DNA of 64,000 nucleotides, taken from assembly GCA_036507635.1 (NCBI GenBank), contig DATCIQ010000327.1:19008-83007 (forward strand), in the 5' to 3' direction. This DNA comes from Gammaproteobacteria bacterium (GTDB lineage: Bacteria; Pseudomonadota; Gammaproteobacteria; Steroidobacterales; Rariloculaceae). Both the position numbers and the translations under genes were made by a program. A model generated the notes under the pieces. The model worked only from the letters and a program-made list of their open reading frames with translations. It was not told where the DNA came from and searched no databases. Each line of letters starts with the position of its first letter. The stretch's first letter is position 1. Shown here one piece after another: positions 1 to 10,732 of the stretch.

Positions 1-106
1 TTTAACTAACCGTGCGCGGGATGCCCGCGCAAATCACCGCCCTATTTGTGGACGTATACCAGATTCTGGGAACTACTCGCAAGTCCCTGTGGGGAATCGT
101 GGATTT

Positions 107-1924
107 CTAGGCGGCGCCCCCGCGCGGACGGGAGATGCCGAACTTCTTGAGGCGATCCGTCAGTGTGGTGGCTTTGATACCGAGCAAGTGCGCGGCGCCG
201 TTCGGGCCCGATACACGCCAGTCTGCGATACGCAGAGCATTCAACATGTTCGTTCTTTCGAGATCGCGGAGCCGATCTTCCGTCATCACGACGGACTCGG
301 ACGGCTTCACGCCATCCGACGGGCGCTCCCCAGCACCGTCATCGAGAATGTTCGCCATCGCGAGATCGAGCCGCAGCACTTTACCCTGCGACAAAATTAC
401 GGCGCGTTCGATCACGTTCTTGAGCTCGCGGACATTTCCCGGCCAGTCATACCGTTTGAGAAGCGCGGCCTGCTGGCGCGACAACGTGAGCGGTCGATTG
501 CCGAAGTCCTTGCAGGTGCGCTCGAGAAAATGACTGGCGAGCTGGACGACGTCGTCACTGCGGTCTCGTAGAGGCGGCACGTCGATGGGGAAAACGCTGA
601 GACGGTAGTACAGATCCTCGCGAAACCGGCCTTCTGCGACAGCCTTCTCGAGGTCGCGGTTCGTGGCAGCGATGACGCGCACGTCGACACGGTGCGTCGC
701 CTCGTCCCCGACCCGTTCGTACTCGCTCTCTTGTAGCACGCGCAGCAGCTTGCTCTGCAGCGAAAGTGGGATTTCGCCGACTTCATCGAGAAAGATGGTC
801 CCTCCATCGGCAAGCTGGAAGCGCCCCACGCGGTCGCGATGAGCTCCCGTGAATGCGCCCCTGACGTGACCGAAGAACTCGCTCTCGAAAAGCTCATGCG
901 GGATCGATGCGCAGTTGACCTTGACCAGCGGGCCGTTGCTTCGAGGGCTCCGCGCGTGGATCACGTGCGCGACGAGCTCTTTGCCGACCCCCGACTCGCC
1001 TTGTATCAGCACGCTCGCGCCGGTCTGAGCAACCGCTTCGAGCCGCGCGAGCATTTTCTTGAGCGCCGGGCTCTCGCCGATGATGCGTCCGAAGTTCATC
1101 GACACTTGCACTTCCTCACGCAAGTAGTCGCGTTCCCTCTCGAGCTCCTCGCGTAAGCGCGCGTTCTCCTCGAAGGCCGCGCGCAAGCGCCGCTCCGCCT
1201 CGTTGCGCTCCGTGACGTCCTTGCTCGCAACCAACAAAGCAATGAGCTCGCCGTCGGGTCCGCGCTCGGCCGCCGATGACACGAGCACTTCGACGACATC
1301 GCCGGCCTTGGTCACAAAACGCCGCGGCTCGTTGTTGAGCTCGCCTTGGCCGAGTAGACCGTCACGGCGACGTTGATCCAGCGTTGCGCGCATATCCTCG
1401 GTCATGAAATCGGTAATGTGCCGGCCGATGACCTCCTCGTGCCGGTAGCCGAGCTTGGCCAACCAATGATTGCTGACGTGCACGATGCGCCCTTGCTTGT
1501 CCACGGTGTGCAACATTGCGGGCGTGGCGCGATACAGGTCGCGGTAATGCTGCTCTAGCCGCGCCTTGCCTGACACTTCCGCATAGACGGCAACAGTGCG
1601 CAGGTAATCGCCTTCGGCCCCGCGCTCCACGATCGCGCTCGCGAGGCAATCGACACGGTCGCCGCTGCTGGTTGCCAAGTCGACCGGCACGTTATCGAGC
1701 CGGCCAGTCCGCCGCAGCAGCGGTAGATATTCCTCCTCGATGCGCAGTGCCGATTCCGGACTGGCAATGTCCTGCGGCCGGAGCTCGCGGATTTCCTCGC
1801 GCGTATAACCGAAGCGGCCGAGCCATGCCTCGCTCGCATCGAGAAAGTACCCATCCTCGTCCAGCGAAACCGTGAGCGCCGGGCTCTTACGGAACAGCCA
1901 TTGATATCGATCGGCAAGCGACAT
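107..1924 (-). CDS. Sigma-54-dependent transcriptional activator (two PAS sensor domains, AAA+ domain, Fis-type HTH)
   Basis: 605-aa ORF. The N-terminal half has two PAS-like repeats. Walker A is GESGVGKE, the GAFTGA sigma-54 contact motif is present (HVRGAFTGA), ESEFFGH is present, and a C-terminal HTH reads [21 protein letters not shown]. Confidence 0.9.
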   Translation of the reverse strand: MSLADRYQWLFRKSPALTVSLDEDGYFLDASEAWLGRFGYTREEIRELRPQDIASPESALRIEEEYLPLLRRTGRLDNVPVDLATSSGDRVDCLASAIVERGAEGDYLRTVAVYAEVSGKARLEQHYRDLYRATPAMLHTVDKQGRIVHVSNHWLAKLGYRHEEVIGRHITDFMTEDMRATLDQRRRDGLLGQGELNNEPRRFVTKAGDVVEVLVSSAAERGPDGELIALLVASKDVTERNEAERRLRAAFEENARLREELERERDYLREEVQVSMNFGRIIGESPALKKMLARLEAVAQTGASVLIQGESGVGKELVAHVIHARSPRSNGPLVKVNCASIPHELFESEFFGHVRGAFTGAHRDRVGRFQLADGGTIFLDEVGEIPLSLQSKLLRVLQESEYERVGDEATHRVDVRVIAATNRDLEKAVAEGRFREDLYYRLSVFPIDVPPLRDRSDDVVQLASHFLERTCKDFGNRPLTLSRQQAALLKRYDWPGNVRELKNVIERAVILSQGKVLRLDLAMANILDDGAGERPSDGVKPSESVVMTEDRLRDLERTNMLNALRIADWRVSGPNGAAHLLGIKATTLTDRLKKFGISRPRGGAA

Positions 1925-1932
1925 CGGCCAAT

Positions 1933-1988
1933 GTTACGGAATTCCGTTGTCCGACTCAACGATAATTCGTAAATTTACGAAATTCCGT
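1933..1988. promoter_or_regulatory. Candidate upstream activator sequences (repeated palindromic sites) for the adjacent sigma-54 activator
   Basis: TTACGGAATTCCGT sits at 1933-1946 and contains the perfect palindrome ACGGAATTCCGT. TTACGAAAATTCCGT sits at 1974-1988, and the perfect palindrome CGTAAATTTACG at 1967-1978. All lie in an AT-rich divergent intergenic region, starting 9 nt from the activator start codon and about 50-100 nt upstream of the -24/-12 promoter. Confidence 0.45.
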
Positions 1989-2033
1989 GGTCAAGCCTTT
2001 TCATAACATATTGTTTTACAAAGGGCTTGAATC

Positions 2034-2049
2034 TGGCACGGACGATGCA
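2034..2049 (+). promoter_or_regulatory. Sigma-54 (-24/-12) promoter
   Basis: TGGCACGGACGATGCA matches TGGCAC-N5-TTGCA at all but one position, with correct GG/GC spacing. It lies about 66 nt upstream of ATG 2115 and next to a divergent sigma-54 activator gene. Confidence 0.6.
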
Positions 2050-2114
2050 TATATGTTGCCTACGAACGAACTTATCCGGTTTATGGTCTATCGGAGTTTC
2101 GTAAAGGACGAGAG

Positions 2115-2393
2115 ATGTTGACGAGCAAACTGAACAAGCCCATGACGGCCCTCATCGCGGGGCTCGTCGCGGGTCTCTTGAGCCAGACCGCGGCAGCCAC
2201 CGAAGAGGTTGTGGTTTACGGCACTGCGGCCGCGGAGCCGGCGCAAAGGCGCGAAGCGGAGTTTCAATCCGAAATCAAGGCATACGCGCAGTCGCTCAAC
2301 GAAGACCTCAAGGCTACGCTCGACAAGGAGCTCAAGAGCTTGCCGGCGCCCAAGCTCGAGCTTGCACTCAGTGAGATTGAGACGCGCGGCTAA
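2115..2393 (+). CDS. Small secreted protein of unknown function (92 aa)
   Basis: ATG preceded by AAGGACGAGAG. The N-terminal signal peptide reads ALIAGLVAGLLSQTAAATEE. The mature part is charged and amphipathic, with no family I recognise. It sits between a sigma-54 promoter and a hairpin followed by a U-tract. Confidence 0.6.
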   Translation: MLTSKLNKPMTALIAGLVAGLLSQTAAATEEVVVYGTAAAEPAQRREAEFQSEIKAYAQSLNEDLKATLDKELKSLPAPKLELALSEIETRG

Positions 2394-2462
2394 GCGTTAA
2401 AGGGGCGCCCCCGTTACCTCCCCCCAACGCGGGCGCCTGCCGAAGCCGGTAGGCGAATCATT

Positions 2463-2543
2463 GGGGACCGGGTTTCCCGGCATCGAACTTGGGATATTGC
2501 TTGCAAAGAATATGGAAGTTCGGCCCTGGTCCCCTTCTTTTTT
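2463..2543 (+). terminator. Extended imperfect hairpin followed by a U-tract (rho-independent terminator or structured RNA)
   Basis: The outer stem pairs GGGGACCGGG with CCUGGUCCCC. Inner helices are CGAACUU/AAGUUCG, AUAUU/AAUAU and CUU/AAG. TTCTTTTTT follows at 2535-2543. The core is AT-rich in a GC-rich genome. Confidence 0.5.
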
Positions 2544-2544
2544 G

Positions 2545-3420
2545 TCACAGGCTCATTCTTAGGAACTCGATCGTCCTCGCCCAGGCATCCTCGGCCGCTT
2601 CGGCGTCGTAGGTCAAGCCGCTCGGATTTGCAAAGGCATGGCCGACATCGGAATAGATGTAGACAGTCGATTGCTTGCCGAGCTCCATCAAGCGCGTGCG
2701 AAACAACCGGGCGTCGCGAACAGGAATCGATTCATCGAGCTCCGCGAATAACCCGAGGATCGGCATGTTGAGGCGCTCGAGTTGTGCCGGCTCCGTGACG
2801 GCCTGGCCGTAATACATGACCATCGCATCCAACTGTTCGGGGAGCGCCAGCGCCGTGCGCAGCGACCAGGTGCCGCCGAGGCACCATCCCAGGGTTGCGA
2901 TCGACGGCGCGAACGCGTATTTGTCGAGGTAGTCGTAGGCTTGGCGGAGGTTGCCGAGCGTCGCGTCCGGCGCGTCCATGACCCCGGCCATGAGCCGCTC
3001 CGCGTCTTCGGGTGTGGTCGCAATTGCACCGCCGTAGAGGTCGACCGCAAGCGCGACGAAGCCTTCGGCCGCCAGCCGCCGAGTCATGGCCCTGATGTTG
3101 TCGTTCAAGCCCCACCACTCGTGAATCACGATGACCCCGGGCAGGGGCTCGAGCGCGTCCGCGGGCATCGCCAGATATCCCACGAGGTTGTGGTCGCCCG
3201 CCTCGCCGTAGGCCAGTTCCTGCTCGAGCAGCTCACGCGTAACGGGCTCGGACGTTATCGGTGTAGCCGCCGGCGCATCTTCGCCATGCGCATGCGCCGT
3301 CTCTGCGACGTACGCCTCGTCGCTCGTCGTGCCGGTTGCCGCATCTTCGTCCGATTGGCAAGCGGCGAGCCCGAGCACCACCGCGAGCCAGAAGCCCAGA
3401 GCCGCTTTGGCGTTCATCAT
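2545..3420 (-). CDS. Dienelactone hydrolase family lipoprotein
   Basis: 291 aa with the lipobox LGLAAC. The DLH-type core reads PGVIVIHEWWGLNDNIRAMTRRLAAEGFVALAVDLYGG, and a C-terminal HAF motif is present. Confidence 0.85.
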   Translation of the reverse strand: MMNAKAALGFWLAVVLGLAACQSDEDAATGTTSDEAYVAETAHAHGEDAPAATPITSEPVTRELLEQELAYGEAGDHNLVGYLAMPADALEPLPGVIVIHEWWGLNDNIRAMTRRLAAEGFVALAVDLYGGAIATTPEDAERLMAGVMDAPDATLGNLRQAYDYLDKYAFAPSIATLGWCLGGTWSLRTALALPEQLDAMVMYYGQAVTEPAQLERLNMPILGLFAELDESIPVRDARLFRTRLMELGKQSTVYIYSDVGHAFANPSGLTYDAEAAEDAWARTIEFLRMSL

Positions 3421-3510
3421 CGAGCCTCGTCGTAATTCCGACTCAAGCGCCGGCAGTGCACCACATTGCGGTTCTTATTGGCAAGAACGGTTTCGAGCGC
3501 TCGCAGCCCA

Positions 3511-5861
<2,351 letters not shown>

Positions 5862-5953
5862 CTATGGACTTGAATCGCTATTGAGGGCTATGCAGAATTG
5901 AGCGCCGATCCGGCGCCGCTGTCGCGCCCATCGTCACGGAACGGAATGCTCGC

Positions 5954-6889
5954 ATGATCGACTGTCAAGGGTTGACCAAACAGTATGGTCCGCTGCGCGC
6001 CGTAGATAATTTGACCTTCAAGGTGCAAGCGGGCGAGGTGCTCGGATTCCTCGGCCCGAACGGCGCCGGCAAGACGACGACGATGCGCATCATCGCGGGC
6101 TTCCTCGACGCAACCGCCGGCCGCGTCTCCGTCTGCGGCCACGACGTCGAGTCGGAGCCGACTGCCGCCAAGCGTTGCATCGGCTACTTGCCCGAAGGGG
6201 CGCCGACATATCCCGAGATGACGCCGCGGTCTTTTCTCGAGTTCGTGGCAGAAGCCCGAGGCATACCACCGGCCCGGCGGCGGCAGCGCTTGCAGGAGGT
6301 TTTCGGGCTGTTGCATCTCGAGCACGTCCTCGATCAGAGCATCGAGACTCTATCGAAGGGCTATCGCCGCCGTGTCGGGTTGGCGCAAGCCATCGTCCAC
6401 GATCCGGAAGTCTTGATTCTCGACGAGCCGACGGACGGCTTGGACCCGAATCAGAAGCATGAAGTCCGGCAGCTCATCGGCAACATGGCCAAATCCAAGC
6501 TCGTGGTGATTTCGACTCACATGCTCGAGGAAGTCGATGCTGTGTGCAACCGCGCGATCATCATTGCGCACGGCAAAATTTGCGTCGACGACACTCCGGC
6601 GGCGCTCGAAGCGCGTTCCCGTTTTCACAATGCCGTCTCGATGAAGCCCGCCGACGCGACGAAGCTCGCCTCGATTCGCAACGCCGTTGCAAAGCTTGCC
6701 GAGGTGGCAAGCACGGAGATCGATTCGGTTTCCGGACGCCTCACGGCGTTTCCGGCGCAGGGCAAGCTGCCGCTGCGCCCGATCAGCGCCCTTGCGGAGC
6801 AGAACGGTTGGGAGCTCGCAGAATTGCACCTGGAATCCGGGCGCCTCGACGAAGTGTTCCGCACGGTCACCGGAGGTGCGAGCGCATGA
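5954..6889 (+). CDS. ABC transporter ATP-binding protein (GldA-like)
   Basis: Walker A GPNGAGKTT, signature LSKGYRRR and Walker B LILDEP. The stop overlaps the next start (ATGA). Confidence 0.9.
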   Translation: MIDCQGLTKQYGPLRAVDNLTFKVQAGEVLGFLGPNGAGKTTTMRIIAGFLDATAGRVSVCGHDVESEPTAAKRCIGYLPEGAPTYPEMTPRSFLEFVAEARGIPPARRRQRLQEVFGLLHLEHVLDQSIETLSKGYRRRVGLAQAIVHDPEVLILDEPTDGLDPNQKHEVRQLIGNMAKSKLVVISTHMLEEVDAVCNRAIIIAHGKICVDDTPAALEARSRFHNAVSMKPADATKLASIRNAVAKLAEVASTEIDSVSGRLTAFPAQGKLPLRPISALAEQNGWELAELHLESGRLDEVFRTVTGGASA

Positions 6890-7620
6890 ACCTGGTCTCC
6901 GCGGTATTCAAGCGCGAGCTCCGGAGCTACTTCGTAACGCCCGTTGCTTACGTGTTCATCGTCGTTTTCCTGCTGCTCTCGGGTTGGGTCACGTTCTTCC
7001 CGGGTGGCTTCTACGAGAGAGGCCAAGCGGACTTGAGCGCCTTCTTCAGTTTCCATCCCTGGCTCTACCTGTTCCTCGTTCCGCCCTTGAGCATGCGTTT
7101 ATGGGCGGAGGAGCGCCGCCAAGGAAGCATCGAGCTCCTCATGACGCTGCCGCTCGAGCTGTGGCATGCGGTCCTAGGCAAGTTTCTCGCCGCGTGGGCG
7201 TTTACGGGTATAGCGTTGGCATTGACGTTCCCGATCTGGCTCACGGTCAACTATTTGGGAGATCCCGACAACGGCGCGATCTTTACGGCCTATGTCGGCA
7301 GCCTGCTGCTCGCGGGGGGATTCCTCGCCATCGGCGCTTGCGTTTCCGCGCTGACCAAAAACCAGATCATCGCCTTCATCATCACGATCGTCGCCTGCTT
7401 GCTGCTCGTGCTCGCGGGCACGCCCTTCGTTCTCGACTTCTTCTCGGGCTGGGTTCCGTCCGCGATCATCGATGCCATTGCGAGTTTGAGCTTTTATACG
7501 CATTTCAACAGCTTGAGCCGCGGCGTCATAGATTTGCGCGACGTCGCATTTTTCGCGCTGCTCATCGGCGCCACGCTGTACGCCAACACGATCATCTTGC
7601 GTCTCACGAAGGCGGACTGA
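6886..7620 (+). CDS. ABC-2 type permease (GldF-like)
   Basis: The in-frame ATG at 6886 overlaps the stop of the ATPase gene. The 244-aa product is a polytopic membrane protein starting MNLVSAVFKRELRSYFVTPVAY. The upstream part of the 358-aa track ORF is Arg-rich and looks non-coding. Confidence 0.85.
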   Translation: MNLVSAVFKRELRSYFVTPVAYVFIVVFLLLSGWVTFFPGGFYERGQADLSAFFSFHPWLYLFLVPPLSMRLWAEERRQGSIELLMTLPLELWHAVLGKFLAAWAFTGIALALTFPIWLTVNYLGDPDNGAIFTAYVGSLLLAGGFLAIGACVSALTKNQIIAFIITIVACLLLVLAGTPFVLDFFSGWVPSAIIDAIASLSFYTHFNSLSRGVIDLRDVAFFALLIGATLYANTIILRLTKAD

Positions 7621-7624
7621 ATCG

Positions 7625-9571
7625 ATGAGCGCCGAGCAGAAAAAGCGATTCGGCTACCTGACTCTCGTGCTGGTCGCCGTCGCGTTCATCGCTGCCGTGA
7701 CGGCGAGCAACAGGTTGTTGCGCGGCATCAAGCTGGACTTCACCGAGGACAACCTTTACACGCTTTCACCGGGCGCCAGAGCGTTCCTGGAAAAGATGGC
7801 GGAGCCGATCAACGTCTATCTGTTTTTCTCGGACCGCGTGACGGCGGACAACAACAACCTTCAGGGCCTGCGTCTCTACATGACGCGCGTCCGGGAGCTG
7901 CTCGAGGAATTCGAAACCGCGGCCGCGGGCTCCCTGAGCCTGCAGATCATCGATCCGTTGCCGTTCTCCGAAGACGAGGATCGCGCCGCCCAGTACGGGC
8001 TCACGGACCTCGCCGGCGGGGCGCTCGCCGATAGCATCTACTTCGGCTTGGCGGCCACCAATTCCGTCGGCGAGGAGGCGGTCATCGAAGTCTTCGATCC
8101 CGCCAAAGAGAGCACGCTCGAATACGACGTGGCCCGGTTGCTCTTCAGTCTCGCAAGCCCGGACAAGAACGTGATCGGTCTCGTGAGCGGTGTGCCGATG
8201 AGCGGCGGGTTCGACCCGCAGACGCAGCAACCGCTGCCGCCGTGGATGATGAGCCAGCAAGCGCGCCAGCTGTTCGAGGTCCGCACGCTCGCGCCGGCTT
8301 TCAGCGCAATCGAGGCAGACGTCGACATGCTGTGGATCGTGCACCCGCCCGTCCTTGACGAGGCGACGGTGTATGCGATCGACCAGTATCTGCTGCGCGG
8401 AGGCCGCGCTCTGATCTTCGTCGATCCGCTCGCCGAAATCGCGAGCGTCGGGGCCGATCCGAGCGGCTTCGGGGGCTCGCAAAGCTCGAACCTCGAGCGC
8501 CTGTTCGACGCGTGGGGTCTCAGTTTCGACGTCAACAAAGTCGTCGCCGACAATCGCTACGGCCTCAGCGTCGACACGGGCTCCGGCGCGCCCCTACGGC
8601 ACATCGGCCTCGTCGGCCTCGATGCAACCGCGATGAACCCAACGGATCTCGTGACCGCGGGCCTGGAAACCGTGAACGTCGGCACGGCGGGCAGCCTCGC
8701 GATCGCGGATGGATCCGCGCTGACGTTGACGCCGCTCCTGACGTCGAGCACGGAAGCTGCGCTCATCGATAGCGCCCGATTTCAATTCCTCACCGACCCC
8801 GAGGATCTGCTCGACGCTTTCGCGCCGAGCGGCTTAAGTTACGTGATCGCCGCACGCCTCGGCGGTACTTTGACCACGGCGTTCCCCGACGGGCCGCCCG
8901 CGCCCGATGCCGCACCCGATGCCGCACCAGACGCGGCGCCCGAGCCGCCGGACCCGGACAGTTCCGGTGACGCCGGGGCCTCCGACTCCCCCGCGCCGGC
9001 CACGACCACGGACAATCCGAACGTGATCGTTGTCGCCGACGTCGATGTGCTCAGCGATCGTTTGTGGGTGCAGGTGAGGCGTAGTCTATTCGGCCAGCAA
9101 GTGGCGACAGCGTTTGCGAGCAACGGCGATTTCGTCACCAATGCCTTGGCCAATCTTTCCGGCAGCGCCGATTTGATCGGACTGCAGAGTCGCGCGACTT
9201 TCTCCCGCCCGTTCGACCGCGTCGAGGCCTTGCGCCGCGAGGCCGATGCGCGCTTCCGCGCCACCGAGCAGGACCTCCAAGCGGAGCTGGCCGAAACTGA
9301 GCGACGGCTCGGTGAATTGCAGTCGGCGCGCGAGGATACGAGCTCGTTGCTCATGAGCCCCGAGCAACAGGCCGAGGTCAGGCGCTTTCAAGAGCAGCAA
9401 CTGCGCATACGCCGCGACCTGCGCGCCGTACAGCGCGAGCTCGACAGCAGCATCGAGCGGCTCGGCACCGTGCTTACCGTCGTCAACATCCTTGCCGTAC
9501 CGCTCGTCTTGCTCCTCGTCGGGCTCATCGCCCTTTTTCTCAAGCGCGACAGATCGAGTACACGAGCATGA
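7625..9571 (+). CDS. GldG-like ABC-system auxiliary protein
   Basis: 648 aa with an N-terminal TM anchor, a large periplasmic domain, an (APDA)x3 low-complexity linker, a C-terminal coiled coil and a final TM helix. It follows the ATPase and permease genes, as in gldAFG-type clusters. Confidence 0.8.
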   Translation: MSAEQKKRFGYLTLVLVAVAFIAAVTASNRLLRGIKLDFTEDNLYTLSPGARAFLEKMAEPINVYLFFSDRVTADNNNLQGLRLYMTRVRELLEEFETAAAGSLSLQIIDPLPFSEDEDRAAQYGLTDLAGGALADSIYFGLAATNSVGEEAVIEVFDPAKESTLEYDVARLLFSLASPDKNVIGLVSGVPMSGGFDPQTQQPLPPWMMSQQARQLFEVRTLAPAFSAIEADVDMLWIVHPPVLDEATVYAIDQYLLRGGRALIFVDPLAEIASVGADPSGFGGSQSSNLERLFDAWGLSFDVNKVVADNRYGLSVDTGSGAPLRHIGLVGLDATAMNPTDLVTAGLETVNVGTAGSLAIADGSALTLTPLLTSSTEAALIDSARFQFLTDPEDLLDAFAPSGLSYVIAARLGGTLTTAFPDGPPAPDAAPDAAPDAAPEPPDPDSSGDAGASDSPAPATTTDNPNVIVVADVDVLSDRLWVQVRRSLFGQQVATAFASNGDFVTNALANLSGSADLIGLQSRATFSRPFDRVEALRREADARFRATEQDLQAELAETERRLGELQSAREDTSSLLMSPEQQAEVRRFQEQQLRIRRDLRAVQRELDSSIERLGTVLTVVNILAVPLVLLLVGLIALFLKRDRSSTRA

Positions 9572-10647
9572 ATCGCCGTTCGCTGCTCGTCGTTGCCGCT
9601 ATCGCCGTGGTTGCCGTACTTCTCGCAATCGTCGGTCGCAGGCAGTCCACTCCCGAGACGGATGCCGGCGCGCTGTTGCTGCCGGGGCTTACGGAATTGC
9701 TGAACGATGTCGAGCGCGTCGTGATCAGCAAGGCGCAAGGGGAAATAGTTGCGACTCTCGCGCGCGGCTCGGCCGGCTGGAGCGTCGCGGAGAAGGACGA
9801 CTATTCCGCGGACGTCGCGAAGATTCGTCAGGCGCTGGTCGCGCTCGGTGAAGCCCGAATCGTCGAGGAGAAAACCGCCGATCCGGCGTTCTATGACCGG
9901 CTCGGCGTCGAATCGGTCGAATTGCCGACGGCGAGCGGCACGGCGGTCGCGATCGATGCGGCAGAGGCCGAGTTTCCCGTGCTGATCCTGGGCGACGAGG
10001 CGAACAGCGGGAGCCGCTATGCGCGACGCGCCGACGAAGCACGCAGCTTTCTCATCGACCGCAATCCGGACGTCCCGCGCAGCACGGCGCAGTGGTTGAT
10101 TCCCGACATCGTGGACGTGCGCGGCACACGCGTGCAAAGCGTCACGATCACGCACGCCGACGGCGAACGCCTGGCGATCAGCAAGGACGACGAGACTGAA
10201 GCCAATTTCTCGGTGGCCGACATACCCGAGGGCAGGGAATTGTCGTATCCCGCCGTCGCGAACGTCATCGGCAACGCCTTGCGCGAGCTCAAGCTCGACG
10301 ACGTCGCGCGCGTCGCGGGCACAGCAGGGGAGCCCGCCGTCGTCACGGAGCTCAGCACCTTCGACGGCCTCGTGGTCACGATGACCGGCACGATGATCGG
10401 CGACGAGGCATGGGTGACCTTCGCCGCGAGCGCCGCGCCGCAGCCGGCGGTCGAGACTGTTCCGGCAGAAGCTCAAGTCGAAGCCGAAGCTCAAGATGCC
10501 GCGGCGAGCGCTGCGGAACCTCCCGATCCGGCCGCCGAAGCGGAAGCGATCAATGCGCGCGGCGGCGGATGGCGCTATCGCATCCCCGAGTACCAGTATG
10601 ACCAACTGACGAGGCGCTTGGCGGACCTGCTCAAGGCCCCGGACTGA
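9568..10647 (+). CDS. DUF4340-like membrane-anchored protein
   Basis: 359 aa. The ATGA overlap with the GldG-like gene indicates coupling. It has an N-terminal TM anchor, and its position and size are typical of DUF4340 partners of GldG-type systems. The family assignment is from memory of this synteny. Confidence 0.65.
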   Translation: MNRRSLLVVAAIAVVAVLLAIVGRRQSTPETDAGALLLPGLTELLNDVERVVISKAQGEIVATLARGSAGWSVAEKDDYSADVAKIRQALVALGEARIVEEKTADPAFYDRLGVESVELPTASGTAVAIDAAEAEFPVLILGDEANSGSRYARRADEARSFLIDRNPDVPRSTAQWLIPDIVDVRGTRVQSVTITHADGERLAISKDDETEANFSVADIPEGRELSYPAVANVIGNALRELKLDDVARVAGTAGEPAVVTELSTFDGLVVTMTGTMIGDEAWVTFAASAAPQPAVETVPAEAQVEAEAQDAAASAAEPPDPAAEAEAINARGGGWRYRIPEYQYDQLTRRLADLLKAPD

Positions 10648-10732
10648 CGCCGGGGCTGGTAACATAGCCCACGCCCCACCCGTGGGCTTAAGCCAAGCGA
10701 GTCGACCGCGGAACCACCCGCCCCGCGACGCC

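Noticed and set aside
13-29. Hairpin GCGCGGG-ATG-CCCGCGC downstream of the sigma-54 activator gene
   Set aside because: It is a perfect 7-bp stem, but no U-tract follows on either strand, and the window edge prevents seeing its context. There is not enough evidence to call it a terminator.
8900-8947. Four tandem 12-nt repeats (GCNCCNGAYGCN)
   Set aside because: This is not a CRISPR array or a regulatory repeat. It is in frame inside the GldG-like gene and encodes an APDA-APDA-APDA-APEP linker.
10658-10690. Hairpin AGCCCAC-N9-GTGGGCT between the DUF4340-like gene and ilvA
   Set aside because: The stem is short and there is no U-tract. It could be a weak terminator or attenuator, but nothing else supports a leader-peptide-type ilv attenuator here.
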